Virus record (IMG/VR): IMGVR_UViG_2974673715_000001
Coordinates: 112,496 to 176,495 of that record
Source: a virus
Taxonomy: Duplodnaviria > Caudoviricetes
Reading direction: 5' to 3' (one strand)
Length of the DNA: 64,000 bases
Positions 19,561 to 29,220 of the stretch are shown here, one piece after another. How positions within the stretch are numbered: the first letter of the stretch is position 1; every line of letters begins with the position of its first letter. The notes under the pieces were generated by a model. It was not told the origin of the DNA. It made no database searches and saw nothing but the letters and a program-made list of their open reading frames with translations. The translations under genes were made by a program, and so were the position numbers.

Positions 19561-20643
19561 ATGACTTTTGAACCAAACCCTGTGACAACTGAACAACTTG
19601 TTCAACACCTAACTGATAATGTTGGAACTGAAGTCGGATGCAAAGACATTCGTGAGTCAGCAAAGATACTTAAACTATCTTACACAACTGCATGTAAAAG
19701 ACTTAAGTCTTATAAATCAGGTATAGGCAAGTGGAATCTAACCATTCAAGAAATTGAACGTGCGTACGAAGCACCTGCTGCTAAGAAAAAAGCAAACTAT
19801 GTTCCTGATAAAGATAAGACTTATGTTCCTTTTGGTAACTTCACTTCTGTAAAGAAAGTTATCTCATCGAAGAAGTTCTATCCTCTATTCATTACAGGTC
19901 TATCTGGAAACGGTAAGACTCTATCAGTTGAACAGGCATGTGCTGCAACTAATAGGGAGTTAATCCGTGTCAACATCACAATCGAAACTGACGAGGACGA
20001 TCTTATTGGTGGGTTTCGTCTTGTTAATGGCGACACTGTTTGGCACAACGGACCTGTGGTTGAGGCTTTGGAAAGGGGAGCTGTATTACTTCTAGATGAG
20101 ATCGACCTAGCATCTAACAAAATTCTTTGTTTGCAATCTGTCCTTGAAGGTAAAGGTGTATTCCTTAAGAAGATTGGTAGGTATGTAAAACCTGCTCAAG
20201 GATTTACTGTTATCGCTACTGCTAACACTAAAGGTAAAGGATCTGATGATGGTAGATTCGTAGGAACAAATATTCTCAACGAAGCATTCCTTGAGAGATT
20301 CCCAATCACATTTGAGCAAGAGTATCCTTCTGCTACTATCGAGACTAAGATCTTGATCAATCAGGGATGTGACAAAGACTTTGCAGAGAACCTAATCAAG
20401 TGGGCAGGTGTAATCCGTAAGACATTCTTTGATGGTGGTGTTGATGAAGTTATCACAACTCGTCGTTTGGTTCACATTGTTTCAGCATATCAGATCTTTG
20501 GAGATAAGTTGACAGCAATCACAAATTGTGTAAACCGTTTTGACGATGATACAAAATCATCTTTCCTAGATCTTTATACAAAAGTTGACGCAGGAGAAGA
20601 TTCAGAGTATACTGATAATAACGAAGTTCAATCATTCAGTTAA
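19561..20643 (+). CDS. cobS: CobS/MoxR-like AAA+ ATPase
   Basis: GLSGNGKT, LLLDEID, ATANTKGKG and AFLERF motifs. Confidence 0.9.
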   Translation: MTFEPNPVTTEQLVQHLTDNVGTEVGCKDIRESAKILKLSYTTACKRLKSYKSGIGKWNLTIQEIERAYEAPAAKKKANYVPDKDKTYVPFGNFTSVKKVISSKKFYPLFITGLSGNGKTLSVEQACAATNRELIRVNITIETDEDDLIGGFRLVNGDTVWHNGPVVEALERGAVLLLDEIDLASNKILCLQSVLEGKGVFLKKIGRYVKPAQGFTVIATANTKGKGSDDGRFVGTNILNEAFLERFPITFEQEYPSATIETKILINQGCDKDFAENLIKWAGVIRKTFFDGGVDEVITTRRLVHIVSAYQIFGDKLTAITNCVNRFDDDTKSSFLDLYTKVDAGEDSEYTDNNEVQSFS

Positions 20644-20645
20644 TT

Positions 20646-20939
20646 ATGAAGTATCGTGAAGAGGAGTTCCTAGAGGAACTCCGACATTACATCGAGAGCA
20701 CTTACTCTCAACACTATGCTAGTGATAAGATTCAGACTCTTGATGTAATCGATGCATGTGGCGATGCTACAGCATTTTGTAGAAGTAACATTTTAAAGTA
20801 CGCTTCTCGCTTCGATAGAAAAGGTAGTGCTAGACAAGATCTCTTAAAGGTGCTACACTATGGAGTGTTACTCATGCACTTTTATACAAGAGATCAAGCA
20901 AACTACGCAGCAGCAACTTTTGCAGCACAAGAAGACTAA
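20646..20939 (+). CDS. DUF3310-like protein
   Basis: TYSQHY...FCRSNILKYASR..KG..RQDLLK. Confidence 0.7.
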   Translation: MKYREEEFLEELRHYIESTYSQHYASDKIQTLDVIDACGDATAFCRSNILKYASRFDRKGSARQDLLKVLHYGVLLMHFYTRDQANYAAATFAAQED

Positions 20940-20945
20940 TTCATT

Positions 20946-21605
20946 ATGACAGTAATTTCCAAACCCACCATTGAAGTCCTTAAAAACTTTTGTTCAATCA
21001 ACAAGTCTATTGTTATTAAACCTGGCAATAAGATTTCTACGCTCAGTATTAATAAGAATATTCTCGCTATTGCCGAAGTCGAAGAACAATTTGATTCGCA
21101 AATTTCTATCTATGATTTGGGAGTTTTCCTTGGAGGGTTATCTTTGTTTGACTCACCAAAAATCGATACTACTGAAACCAACTACGTCACAGTAAGTGAC
21201 CTACAAGGTAAATCAAAGACACGTTATTTCTATGCTGATCCTGATATCATTACTCAGGCACCAGAAAAAGAAATCAACTTGCCATCAGAGGATGTTGAAT
21301 TCAAACTTGAATCTAAAATTCTGATGCAATTACAACGTGCTGCTATGGTATATCAACTCCCTGATCTTTGTTTGTATGGGGATGGAGAAACTATGCAGTT
21401 ATGTGTGACAGATAAAAAGAATGATACTTCCAATAATTATTCAGTAGAAGTTGGAACTACTACAGATGAGTTTTGTTTTTGTTTCAAAGTTGAAAACTTA
21501 AAACTTTTATCTGGGGATTATGATGTAGTATTGAGTAAGACAAATGTTGCTTTGTTCAAAGGTGACGGAATCAAATACTACATTGCTCTAGAACCCAACA
21601 CATGA
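20946..21605 (+). CDS. g45: Sliding clamp gp45
   Basis: LKNFCSINKSI, IYDLGVFL and YYIALE motifs. Confidence 0.95.
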   Translation: MTVISKPTIEVLKNFCSINKSIVIKPGNKISTLSINKNILAIAEVEEQFDSQISIYDLGVFLGGLSLFDSPKIDTTETNYVTVSDLQGKSKTRYFYADPDIITQAPEKEINLPSEDVEFKLESKILMQLQRAAMVYQLPDLCLYGDGETMQLCVTDKKNDTSNNYSVEVGTTTDEFCFCFKVENLKLLSGDYDVVLSKTNVALFKGDGIKYYIALEPNT

Positions 21606-21754
21606 GATGTTGGCACTGTGACACCGAACTAATCTGGGGAGGTGACAACGATTGTCCTTATGCAGAGGAGTATAGTTTCGTAACTAATCTCCACTGCCCT
21701 AAGTGCGATTCTTACGTTGAAGTTTATTATCCAAAAAAAGATGAAAGAATTTGA
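21602..21754 (+). CDS. Small zinc-ribbon protein (50 aa)
   Basis: MRCWHCDTELIWGGD...LHCPKCDSYVEVY with two CxxC motifs; ATGA-coupled; absent from the ORF track. Confidence 0.75.
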   Translation: MRCWHCDTELIWGGDNDCPYAEEYSFVTNLHCPKCDSYVEVYYPKKDERI

Positions 21755-22202
21755 TTATGAACTCGATTACAAGAGACTTGATTTTACAGACGAGGAAACT
21801 CGTAAACTATATCGTATTGGAAGAGGGGAGCAAGGGGTTCTACTGGTTCGCCCTTATACTAACGATATATGTGCTCATTGGAGATTCAAAACTCCCACTG
21901 AGGCAGTAGAATCTTCCAACCATATCTTTGGTATGTATCTTGATTATCGTGATGAAAAAGATTTCATCGGTATGGATATGTGTCGTAAGTTTCTTGAAAT
22001 GGGTTTTACCAGATCAAGGAGATATGCCAATCATAGAGATGGTAAAAAGTATGATAAAGAAGGTAATGTAATACCCCAAGAACCAGATCATGCTACCTGT
22101 CATTTTGCTGAGTCTGCTAAAATATTTAAGAAGGTTCGAGATATTGTTGCGAAGAATAAAACATATGTTACAATGAGGAAAGAATGGAGGGCATCTGAAT
22201 GA
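21741..22202 (+). CDS. DUF4385-like protein
   Basis: YRIGRGEQGVLLVRPY...WRFKT...GMDMCRKFLEMGFTRSRRYANH. Confidence 0.8.
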   Translation: MKEFDYELDYKRLDFTDEETRKLYRIGRGEQGVLLVRPYTNDICAHWRFKTPTEAVESSNHIFGMYLDYRDEKDFIGMDMCRKFLEMGFTRSRRYANHRDGKKYDKEGNVIPQEPDHATCHFAESAKIFKKVRDIVAKNKTYVTMRKEWRASE

Positions 22203-22702
22203 ACATTTTTGTAACTGATCCTTCCCCAACAAAGTCTGCTCAGGTATTACCTGACAAACACATCGTCAAGATGCCACTAGAGACCTGTCAAATGCTTTCT
22301 ATTGTTGCATCTGATAAATGGGGTCACGGTTTTGGTTCTCTATCTAAACTAGATGGCACACCATACAAAACAGATAAGGGTGCTTTTCGTAATCATCCCT
22401 GCACTGTATGGGCACAAGATAATTGGACATGGTTGATCATGCATGGTCTTGCCTTATGCTTTGAATATACTCTTAGATACGGTAAGATACATAGTTGTCA
22501 ATCAACTATCGAACATGCTGAAAAAATATTTCCTCCTCAGGATACTGATCCAACACATTTTGTTTTCGCAGGTCCTGATCAGTTTAAGCATGATAAGACT
22601 ATTGACATTTTTACTGCATACAAGTATTATATCAATAGCAAACCATGGGTATCAGATAATTATCTAAGGTTACCTGATAGAAAACCTAACTGGGTTAATT
22701 AA
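22199..22702 (+). CDS. Pyrimidine-dimer DNA glycosylase-like protein
   Basis: MNIF...DKHIVKMPLETCQML, NHPCTVW and EYTLRYGKIH motifs. Confidence 0.8.
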   Translation: MNIFVTDPSPTKSAQVLPDKHIVKMPLETCQMLSIVASDKWGHGFGSLSKLDGTPYKTDKGAFRNHPCTVWAQDNWTWLIMHGLALCFEYTLRYGKIHSCQSTIEHAEKIFPPQDTDPTHFVFAGPDQFKHDKTIDIFTAYKYYINSKPWVSDNYLRLPDRKPNWVN

Positions 22703-22707
22703 TTATT

Positions 22708-23649
22708 ATGAATGATTTTTTGTGGGTCGAGAAGTATCGTCCTAAAAACGTAGAACAATGCATCTTGCCCGAATCTGTGAAGACTACCTTCAAGAGTTTT
22801 ATACAGCAGGGTGAGATTCCTAATCTCCTTCTATCTGGGACAGCAGGGGTAGGTAAAACAACTATTGCTAAAGCACTTTGTCATGAACTAGGAGCAGACT
22901 ATTATGTTATCAATGGATCCGATGAAGGACGATTCCTTGACACCGTACGAAACCAAGCAAAGAACTTTGCTGCAACTGTATCACTTACAGCAGAAGCAAA
23001 GCACAAAGTTCTTATCATCGACGAAGCAGACAACACTACACCAGATGTTCAACTCTTACTTCGTGCATCGATAGAAGAATTCCAAAAGAATTGTAGATTT
23101 ATATTCACCTGTAATTTTAAAAACAAAATTATTGAACCTCTACACAGTAGAACAACTGTTGTAGAATTCAACGTTCGTGGTAAAACTAAACAACAACTTG
23201 CTGCAGAATTCTTTGCTAGATGTAAAGGTATTCTGATTGCTGAGGAAGTTACCTTCTCAGAAAAAGTTGTAGCAGAAGTTGTTCAGAAGTATTTTCCAGA
23301 CTTCCGAAGGACTCTTAATGAGTTGCAACGATATGCAAGCACAGGATCTATTGATACTGGAATCCTAGCAGCACTAGGAGACGCAAATATCGATACTCTA
23401 GTTGAATCATTGAAAGCAAAAAGATTCAATGATGTAAAGAAATGGGTTACACAAAACCTAGATTCTGATCCTGTCTCTATCATGAGGAAACTCTATGATA
23501 ATGCTTCTAATGTAATGACAGGTCCTAGTATTGCAGCAGCAGTTCTAATCATTGCTGAATATCAATACAAGTCTGCATTCGTTGTAGATCAGGAGATCAA
23601 TCTCCTTGCATGCTTAACTCAATTGATGCTTGAATGCGAATTCAAGTAA
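22708..23649 (+). CDS. g44: Clamp loader large subunit gp44
   Basis: LWVEKYRP, GTAGVGKTT, IIDEAD and FPDFRR motifs. Confidence 0.97.
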   Translation: MNDFLWVEKYRPKNVEQCILPESVKTTFKSFIQQGEIPNLLLSGTAGVGKTTIAKALCHELGADYYVINGSDEGRFLDTVRNQAKNFAATVSLTAEAKHKVLIIDEADNTTPDVQLLLRASIEEFQKNCRFIFTCNFKNKIIEPLHSRTTVVEFNVRGKTKQQLAAEFFARCKGILIAEEVTFSEKVVAEVVQKYFPDFRRTLNELQRYASTGSIDTGILAALGDANIDTLVESLKAKRFNDVKKWVTQNLDSDPVSIMRKLYDNASNVMTGPSIAAAVLIIAEYQYKSAFVVDQEINLLACLTQLMLECEFK

Positions 23650-24149
23650 CATCCAGTGACCTTTACAAAGAAGTAAAGGAACTTGTCTTAAGTCCTGATT
23701 TTCCTTGGCATTGGCATGACAAAGCATACAATGATGATGAGGTTACTGAAGGTAGAACAAACTTTGGTTTCTTCTCACATGTAGTCTTAGAGAGACCTGG
23801 TTACACATACCTAACTCCTAAGATAAATTCTGATCACTTTCCATTGTTTCATGATTTATTTGTTGAGATCTGTAGAGACAATAACATTGATCCTAAAGTA
23901 ATTTACAGGATCAATGCTAACCTGACTACTGAATCACATCACAACAAATATGGTCCTGACCACACAGACCATGACTTTCCTCATAAGAATATGTTAATAT
24001 ACTTAACAGGAACTCATGGAGGTCTTACTAAAGTTGGAAACACCAACTACTCTTGTATGCCTAATGAAGCAATTGTTTTTGAAGGTGTTCACGCACACAT
24101 GGAACCTACGTCTGGAAGACGAGTAGTTCTAGTTTACACATTTTTATGA
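23634..24149 (+). CDS. 2OG-Fe(II) oxygenase-like protein
   Basis: RINANL...HTD...LIYL...FEG.HAH...RVVL. Confidence 0.7.
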   Translation: MRIQVTSSDLYKEVKELVLSPDFPWHWHDKAYNDDEVTEGRTNFGFFSHVVLERPGYTYLTPKINSDHFPLFHDLFVEICRDNNIDPKVIYRINANLTTESHHNKYGPDHTDHDFPHKNMLIYLTGTHGGLTKVGNTNYSCMPNEAIVFEGVHAHMEPTSGRRVVLVYTFL

Positions 24150-24424
24150 TTATGACTAACAAATTTATTAGAAAACGTGAAAAGATTAAAGCACAGGTAA
24201 AGTCCAGATTCTACTACTGGTTCTGGGGTGCTATGGCAGGTGCTGTTGTAGGTGGTCAACTATATGTTGGATCTTCATACAGACAAATGGCAAGATCAAT
24301 GGACAGATGGTTTGAAGAGACCATTGAGATGATACAAATTCCACTAAAACCTCCAACGGGACGCATGATGCCTGTTCCAATGCCTAATCCAGATTTCTAT
24401 GACGATCCTATGATTATCAGATGA
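24146..24424 (+). CDS. Hypothetical membrane protein
   Basis: Basic N-terminus plus a hydrophobic segment; coupled overlaps on both sides. Confidence 0.7.
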   Translation: MIMTNKFIRKREKIKAQVKSRFYYWFWGAMAGAVVGGQLYVGSSYRQMARSMDRWFEETIEMIQIPLKPPTGRMMPVPMPNPDFYDDPMIIR

Positions 24425-25254
24425 CATCTTTAAAAACACCACTAAGATATCCTGGCGGTAAGTCTCGTGCTACTAAAAAGATGGCACAATATTTTCCAGA
24501 CTTTAGAGACTATACTGAATTCCGTGAACCTTTTCTTGGAGGTGGATCTGTAGCGTTATACGTTACACAGATGTATCCTTATTTGGAAATCTGGGTCAAT
24601 GATCTATACGAACCTCTGTATACATTTTGGAAACAACTGCAAAAGCATAGTGATGAACTTAGGAACCAACTTGTTCAACTCAAGCAAAAATATCCTGATC
24701 CGTCTTCGGCAAAAAATCTTTTCTTACAATCCAAAGAGTATCTTACTAGACACCCAAGAGATTGCGATTTTAAGGCTCGTGCTGTCGCTTTCTATGTTGT
24801 TAACAAGTGCTCTTTTTCTGGTCTTACTGAGTCCTCCTCGTTCAGCAAACAAGCGTCTGATTCAAACTTTTCAATGCGAGGAATTGAAAAACTACCATAC
24901 TACGGAAGACTTATCAAAAGGTGGGAAATCACTAATCTGCCATACGAAAAATTATTGACAGATGATACTAATGCATTCCTATACTTAGATCCTCCGTACG
25001 ATATCAAGGCAAACTTGTATGGAAAGAGAGGCACAATGCATATTGGATTCGACCATGATTCTTTTGCAAGAAGGTGTGATAGAGTCGAGTGTGATCAAAT
25101 GATATCTTATAATTCTTCTAATTTAGTAAAGCAAAGATTCCAAGGTTGGAAAGCACAAGAATACGATCATACTTATACTATGAGATCTGTAGGTGACTAC
25201 ATGAAAGATCAAGAACAACGCAAAGAACTTCTCCTTTTAAATTATGGCATATGA
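24421..25254 (+). CDS. dam: DNA adenine methyltransferase (D12 class)
   Basis: PLRYPGGKS, EPFLGGGS and YLDPPY motifs. Confidence 0.93.
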   Translation: MTSLKTPLRYPGGKSRATKKMAQYFPDFRDYTEFREPFLGGGSVALYVTQMYPYLEIWVNDLYEPLYTFWKQLQKHSDELRNQLVQLKQKYPDPSSAKNLFLQSKEYLTRHPRDCDFKARAVAFYVVNKCSFSGLTESSSFSKQASDSNFSMRGIEKLPYYGRLIKRWEITNLPYEKLLTDDTNAFLYLDPPYDIKANLYGKRGTMHIGFDHDSFARRCDRVECDQMISYNSSNLVKQRFQGWKAQEYDHTYTMRSVGDYMKDQEQRKELLLLNYGI

Positions 25255-25645
25255 TGAAAGATATCCTCTAAAGGATTATCTAAACTCAATCAACTTCAGT
25301 AAAGATTATTTGATGGATGAGGATCCTGCATGGGAGAAAAACTATCCTTCATATGTAATCAATAAATGCATGTCGCATCATTTGGATACGATCATGTATG
25401 CTAATGAAATGAATATACATTCTCATATAGATAAACGTTTGCAATATGATTTCTTTATAAATATCGTGAGACCCCGAAAGAGATTTTCTCCTTGGGGTAA
25501 GAAACAGAAAGTGAAAGATCTTGACCTTGTTAAAAAATACTATGGTTATAGTAATGATAAAGCATATCAAGCCTTAGAGATCTTAACTCCATCCCAACTT
25601 AATTACATTAAGGATAAACTGAACAAAGGAGGTAAGACCAGATGA
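25244..25645 (+). CDS. g62: Clamp loader small subunit gp62
   Basis: LKDYLNSIN, QYDFFINIVRPRKRFSPW and YYGYS motifs. Confidence 0.93.
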   Translation: MAYDERYPLKDYLNSINFSKDYLMDEDPAWEKNYPSYVINKCMSHHLDTIMYANEMNIHSHIDKRLQYDFFINIVRPRKRFSPWGKKQKVKDLDLVKKYYGYSNDKAYQALEILTPSQLNYIKDKLNKGGKTR

Positions 25646-26067
25646 ATGAAGTTAAAGAAGTCCAGTGGACTAAGAATGATATGGTTGAAGTGAATTTAAA
25701 AGAACCAGACGATTTTCTAAAGGTTCGTGAAACACTTACTCGTATCGGTGTAGCATCTCGTAAAGAGAAAAAGTTATACCAGTCCTGTCATATTCTACAT
25801 AAGAAAGGACAATACTATATCGTGCATTTCAAAGAATTATTTGCTCTTGATGGTAAGAAAGCAAATCTATCTGAGAATGATGTGCAACGTAGAAACAGAA
25901 TTATTAAATTACTATCTGACTGGGGACTAGTTGAAATTGTAAATGTATCAGCAATCTCAGACGCTGCTCCATTAAGTCAAATTAAAGTAATTGCATACAA
26001 AGAGAAAGGAGATTGGACGCTTGAGTCCAAATATAACATCGGGAAAAAACGTCAAGTCACAGAATGA
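25642..26067 (+). CDS. regA: Translational repressor RegA
   Basis: DDFLKVRETLTRIGVAS, LYQSCHILHK and YYIVHFKELFALDG motifs. Confidence 0.97.
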   Translation: MNEVKEVQWTKNDMVEVNLKEPDDFLKVRETLTRIGVASRKEKKLYQSCHILHKKGQYYIVHFKELFALDGKKANLSENDVQRRNRIIKLLSDWGLVEIVNVSAISDAAPLSQIKVIAYKEKGDWTLESKYNIGKKRQVTE

Positions 26068-26097
26068 TATATAGTTTAGTGTTATCATATCAGCATA

Positions 26098-26490
26098 ATG
26101 GCAGACGCAAAGAAAGTAGAGGATAAACCAAAAGGTCCTCTAGGAAAAATCAAAGAGTTCAGTGAAGATAAAGAAGAACAACTTGCTATCCTAAGTACAT
26201 TCGTACGTCTGGGTATTTTGATTTGGAGTGGTGGTATCTTAACTTTAAATTACGTTACGATACCTGGTTGGGAACAAGATAAAATTGATCCAACTTTTAT
26301 AGCTTCGGTTTTCACAGGAGTCACAGCTACTTTCGGCATTCAAGCGGGAGGTAAGAAAAAGAATGGAGACAGTGGTGGTGGTGCAAACATCTCTAAGAAA
26401 GACATGGAGATGCTTATTGAAAAAGCAACACAGGCAGCACCAACTCAAACTATTAAGTTAGAAGTTCCTACAGTTAAAATTACTAGTTAA
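26098..26490 (+). CDS. Membrane protein (2 TM)
   Basis: LSTFVRLGILIWSGGILTL and IDPTFIASVFTGVTATFG segments. Confidence 0.8.
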   Translation: MADAKKVEDKPKGPLGKIKEFSEDKEEQLAILSTFVRLGILIWSGGILTLNYVTIPGWEQDKIDPTFIASVFTGVTATFGIQAGGKKKNGDSGGGANISKKDMEMLIEKATQAAPTQTIKLEVPTVKITS

Positions 26491-26494
26491 AATC

Positions 26495-26722
26495 ATGCAA
26501 AAAATTATCAACGGAATCGCTATCTTCTCAGGTGTTGTGGCACTTGGTGTAGTAGGACTAGGTGGATATGTATACATCCGTAAGGATGCTATCATTGAAG
26601 ACATCAAAGAGAAAGCAATCAATGCAGCACTTGGTGGAGTAAGTGACTCTCTACCTGACATGGTAGATACACAACTACCTCCTGTAACTGGTGCACCAGT
26701 TCCCTTACCTTCATTACCATGA
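26495..26722 (+). CDS. Small membrane protein
   Basis: N-terminal TM, Pro-rich tail. Confidence 0.75.
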   Translation: MQKIINGIAIFSGVVALGVVGLGGYVYIRKDAIIEDIKEKAINAALGGVSDSLPDMVDTQLPPVTGAPVPLPSLP

Positions 26723-27321
26723 ACGTTAAATGGATATCAATCGGTGTAGTTGGTAGTATATTCGCAGTATCTCATCTGGGAATGATAGGTTATATTGCCA
26801 GTAGAAAAACCGAGAGTCAATTACCTAGGATAGATGTTCCTGTAGGTGACTATACTTCATATGCCATCTCAGCTGATAAGGATGGATATAAAATTAGTTA
26901 CTCAGCAAACGATCCTAAGACAGCATTTATTACTAAGGACATCAAAGAGAAAGGTGGTTTCTTAGGACTAGCAAATGAAACTACTAAGATCACTGAAGAA
27001 TACTTCTTAGATGGTAAGACTAATCAAGGCGGTGCTGTATCTAACAAGAGATCTTGGATTGATCAACCACCTGGTTTAACTGCAGAGCAATCAGCAGAAA
27101 TAGTCGCTGCTCGAAAAAGTGAAGCCTGTATCAAAGCAATCGGATCAGCAGAGGGTACAGGACGTCTCGTTGGCACATCAATTGGTGCTGCTGCTGCTCC
27201 TTCTCTCAGTAGTATCCCCTTTGTTGGTTGGGTCGCTGCTGGCTGGGTGGCAATGTTTGGTGGCAATCAGGGAGCTGATATAGGTGGAAATATGGCAGAG
27301 GATATGAGTAAGGATTGTTAA
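26719..27321 (+). CDS. Membrane protein with glycine-zipper-like C-terminus
   Basis: N-terminal TM; GTSIGAAAA...GWVAAGW...GGNQGADIG. Confidence 0.8.
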   Translation: MNVKWISIGVVGSIFAVSHLGMIGYIASRKTESQLPRIDVPVGDYTSYAISADKDGYKISYSANDPKTAFITKDIKEKGGFLGLANETTKITEEYFLDGKTNQGGAVSNKRSWIDQPPGLTAEQSAEIVAARKSEACIKAIGSAEGTGRLVGTSIGAAAAPSLSSIPFVGWVAAGWVAMFGGNQGADIGGNMAEDMSKDC

Positions 27322-28097
27322 TTCTTTTTCTTCTTAGGACGTTTGAATGGAGGTAATCCTTTCTTCTCACGATACTTATTACACTGTAACTCATTACGAC
27401 TTAACTTAGGTGGTTCTTTACCGAGATTCTTTTGTATGATCGTAGTGAGTTTTTTAATGAGTGGTTTTATAACTCTCAACAGTAATGGTGTTGCAGCAGC
27501 AGATGCTGTAGCTACCACTGCGATAGTTGCTGTTACGCTGACTTGATTTGTGCTTGGTAGAAATCTTTGAATTGCTGTAGTATCTTCATACAACACTACA
27601 CATTGACCATCTCTAACTTCATGACCTATAACTCTTTCTTCACCATTCTGAGTTAGATCACCTACTCTAGGTTGATTAGGTGCAGGACACTCAATCTCTT
27701 TATCAGTTTTTGGTATCGGTGGAACCTCTGGTGTATCTACTTCTGGTGTAGGTGGTGGTTCAACGACAGGAGGTGGTGGTGCCTCTATGACCATCTGTAA
27801 TTGATCAGGTTGATAATCCATCGCATCATATGATGGCACACCTGCATCACAAAATACTAATACTTTATCTTCATCGTCTTCAATTATTTTATTATTCTTG
27901 TCACTCTGCTCGTGTGCTTCCACACAACCAGGCATCTGAATGATGGGTTGACCTATGTTTACAGTAGCAGGAGGTACGAAAGGTATTGAGTGAACTGGTT
28001 GTTTAGTTAACCAATCTGGGATATCACTAACAAATATTCTCGTTGTTCCTATGTCTCGAACACTTGCGTTATTGACTTGTATCTTTGGTATATCCAT
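27318..28097 (-). CDS. Pro-rich protein with C-terminal TM anchor
   Basis: PGCVEAH, PPPPVVEPPPTP, Cys pairs, hydrophobic segment and basic tail. Confidence 0.8.
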   Translation of the reverse strand: MDIPKIQVNNASVRDIGTTRIFVSDIPDWLTKQPVHSIPFVPPATVNIGQPIIQMPGCVEAHEQSDKNNKIIEDDEDKVLVFCDAGVPSYDAMDYQPDQLQMVIEAPPPPVVEPPPTPEVDTPEVPPIPKTDKEIECPAPNQPRVGDLTQNGEERVIGHEVRDGQCVVLYEDTTAIQRFLPSTNQVSVTATIAVVATASAAATPLLLRVIKPLIKKLTTIIQKNLGKEPPKLSRNELQCNKYREKKGLPPFKRPKKKKN

Positions 28098-28100
28098 ACA

Positions 28101-28810
28101 TCATGGGTTTCCTATTGATATATCTTCTAAGTTATTTGCATTTGTGCTAGGAATCTCATGAGCATGAGGAGCAATGATATTAACATTCTGCACAACAACG
28201 TCTGCACATATACTATAGTATGGTGACTTAGGATGGAATGAAATTCCCTCTTTTATCAAATTTCCACAATTTTTCAAACGAGCTATCTCAAAGTCAAGTC
28301 TCTTATTTGCTACGGTTTGATTCATTAATGCGATATTTGCTGCTGCTGCCTCTTTACATTGCTCTTGTAGTTTCTTATCTAATGGTCTAGACCATGTTGC
28401 AGATACACCAACTGAGAAATTATAATTATCTTTCTGTGCTGTTCTTGTAGGAACATGGTATAAAATATTACCTGGATTATCTAATACACCGTCATCATTC
28501 AAATCTGACATGTCATACACAGGATCCATATAGTATGGTTCGTACGGTTTTTGTGCTGAAGCCGTCCCTGTGATGTACGGAGTAATATTCATGGTAGCAC
28601 CTTGGCACTGAATGCCATTACCATAAGTGTTTGTTATATACGGACCTTGTAAAACTTGTATTGCCTGGTTGGTAACTGAGCCTGAAGAATTGGCGATTGG
28701 ACTTGCAGTCGCACTGACACCACCAACTGTCTCTGCCTTAACAGTAGGAACAAAGGGCATGAATCCAGTAATGGCAAGTAATGCTATTGACTGAAGATAC
28801 TTGTTGTATC
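28101..28810 (-). CDS. Secreted/structural hypothetical protein (start uncertain)
   Basis: ASPIANSSGSVTNQAIQV, CQG and RLDFEIARLKNC; signal-like segment begins inside the upstream gene; track ATG is at 28949. Confidence 0.7.
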
Positions 28811-29215
28811 TGTTACCGAAGTTACGGTTGTTTCTCTTTGTATTACCGTGTGGTTTGAAAGACCTGGTCCCATGTAGGTTTCTGTGTATTGAAACGCTGC
28901 ACCTGGCGTCTGTATTGTGAAGTTGGGTTTGTCGCTTATACCCGTCCATGTCGAATTCACTCCTTCAATAGTATTAACTTGGGTTGCATTAGTGGGTGAT
29001 AAATTATCATCTGTAGTTACACCGTGCCCACTGACCGACCATTGATAGCCTGTGTTATAGTCCATCGAAGATATGGTCTCCACCACAGTGGAAGTCGTTT
29101 CCGTGTGGGTGGTCATCGAGCCTTGTTGGAAATTTGGCACCACAGGCACTGCTATGACTGGGTTTATAGCACCACCCATAGCTATTAGTAGGAATAACTT
29201 ATATGTATTCCTCAT
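28784..29215 (-). CDS. Secreted hypothetical protein
   Basis: Signal peptide then AVPVVPNFQQGSMTTHTET...TSIFSQ. Confidence 0.8.
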   Translation of the reverse strand: MRNTYKLFLLIAMGGAINPVIAVPVVPNFQQGSMTTHTETTSTVVETISSMDYNTGYQWSVSGHGVTTDDNLSPTNATQVNTIEGVNSTWTGISDKPNFTIQTPGAAFQYTETYMGPGLSNHTVIQRETTVTSVTDTTSIFSQ

Positions 29216-29220
29216 GATTA

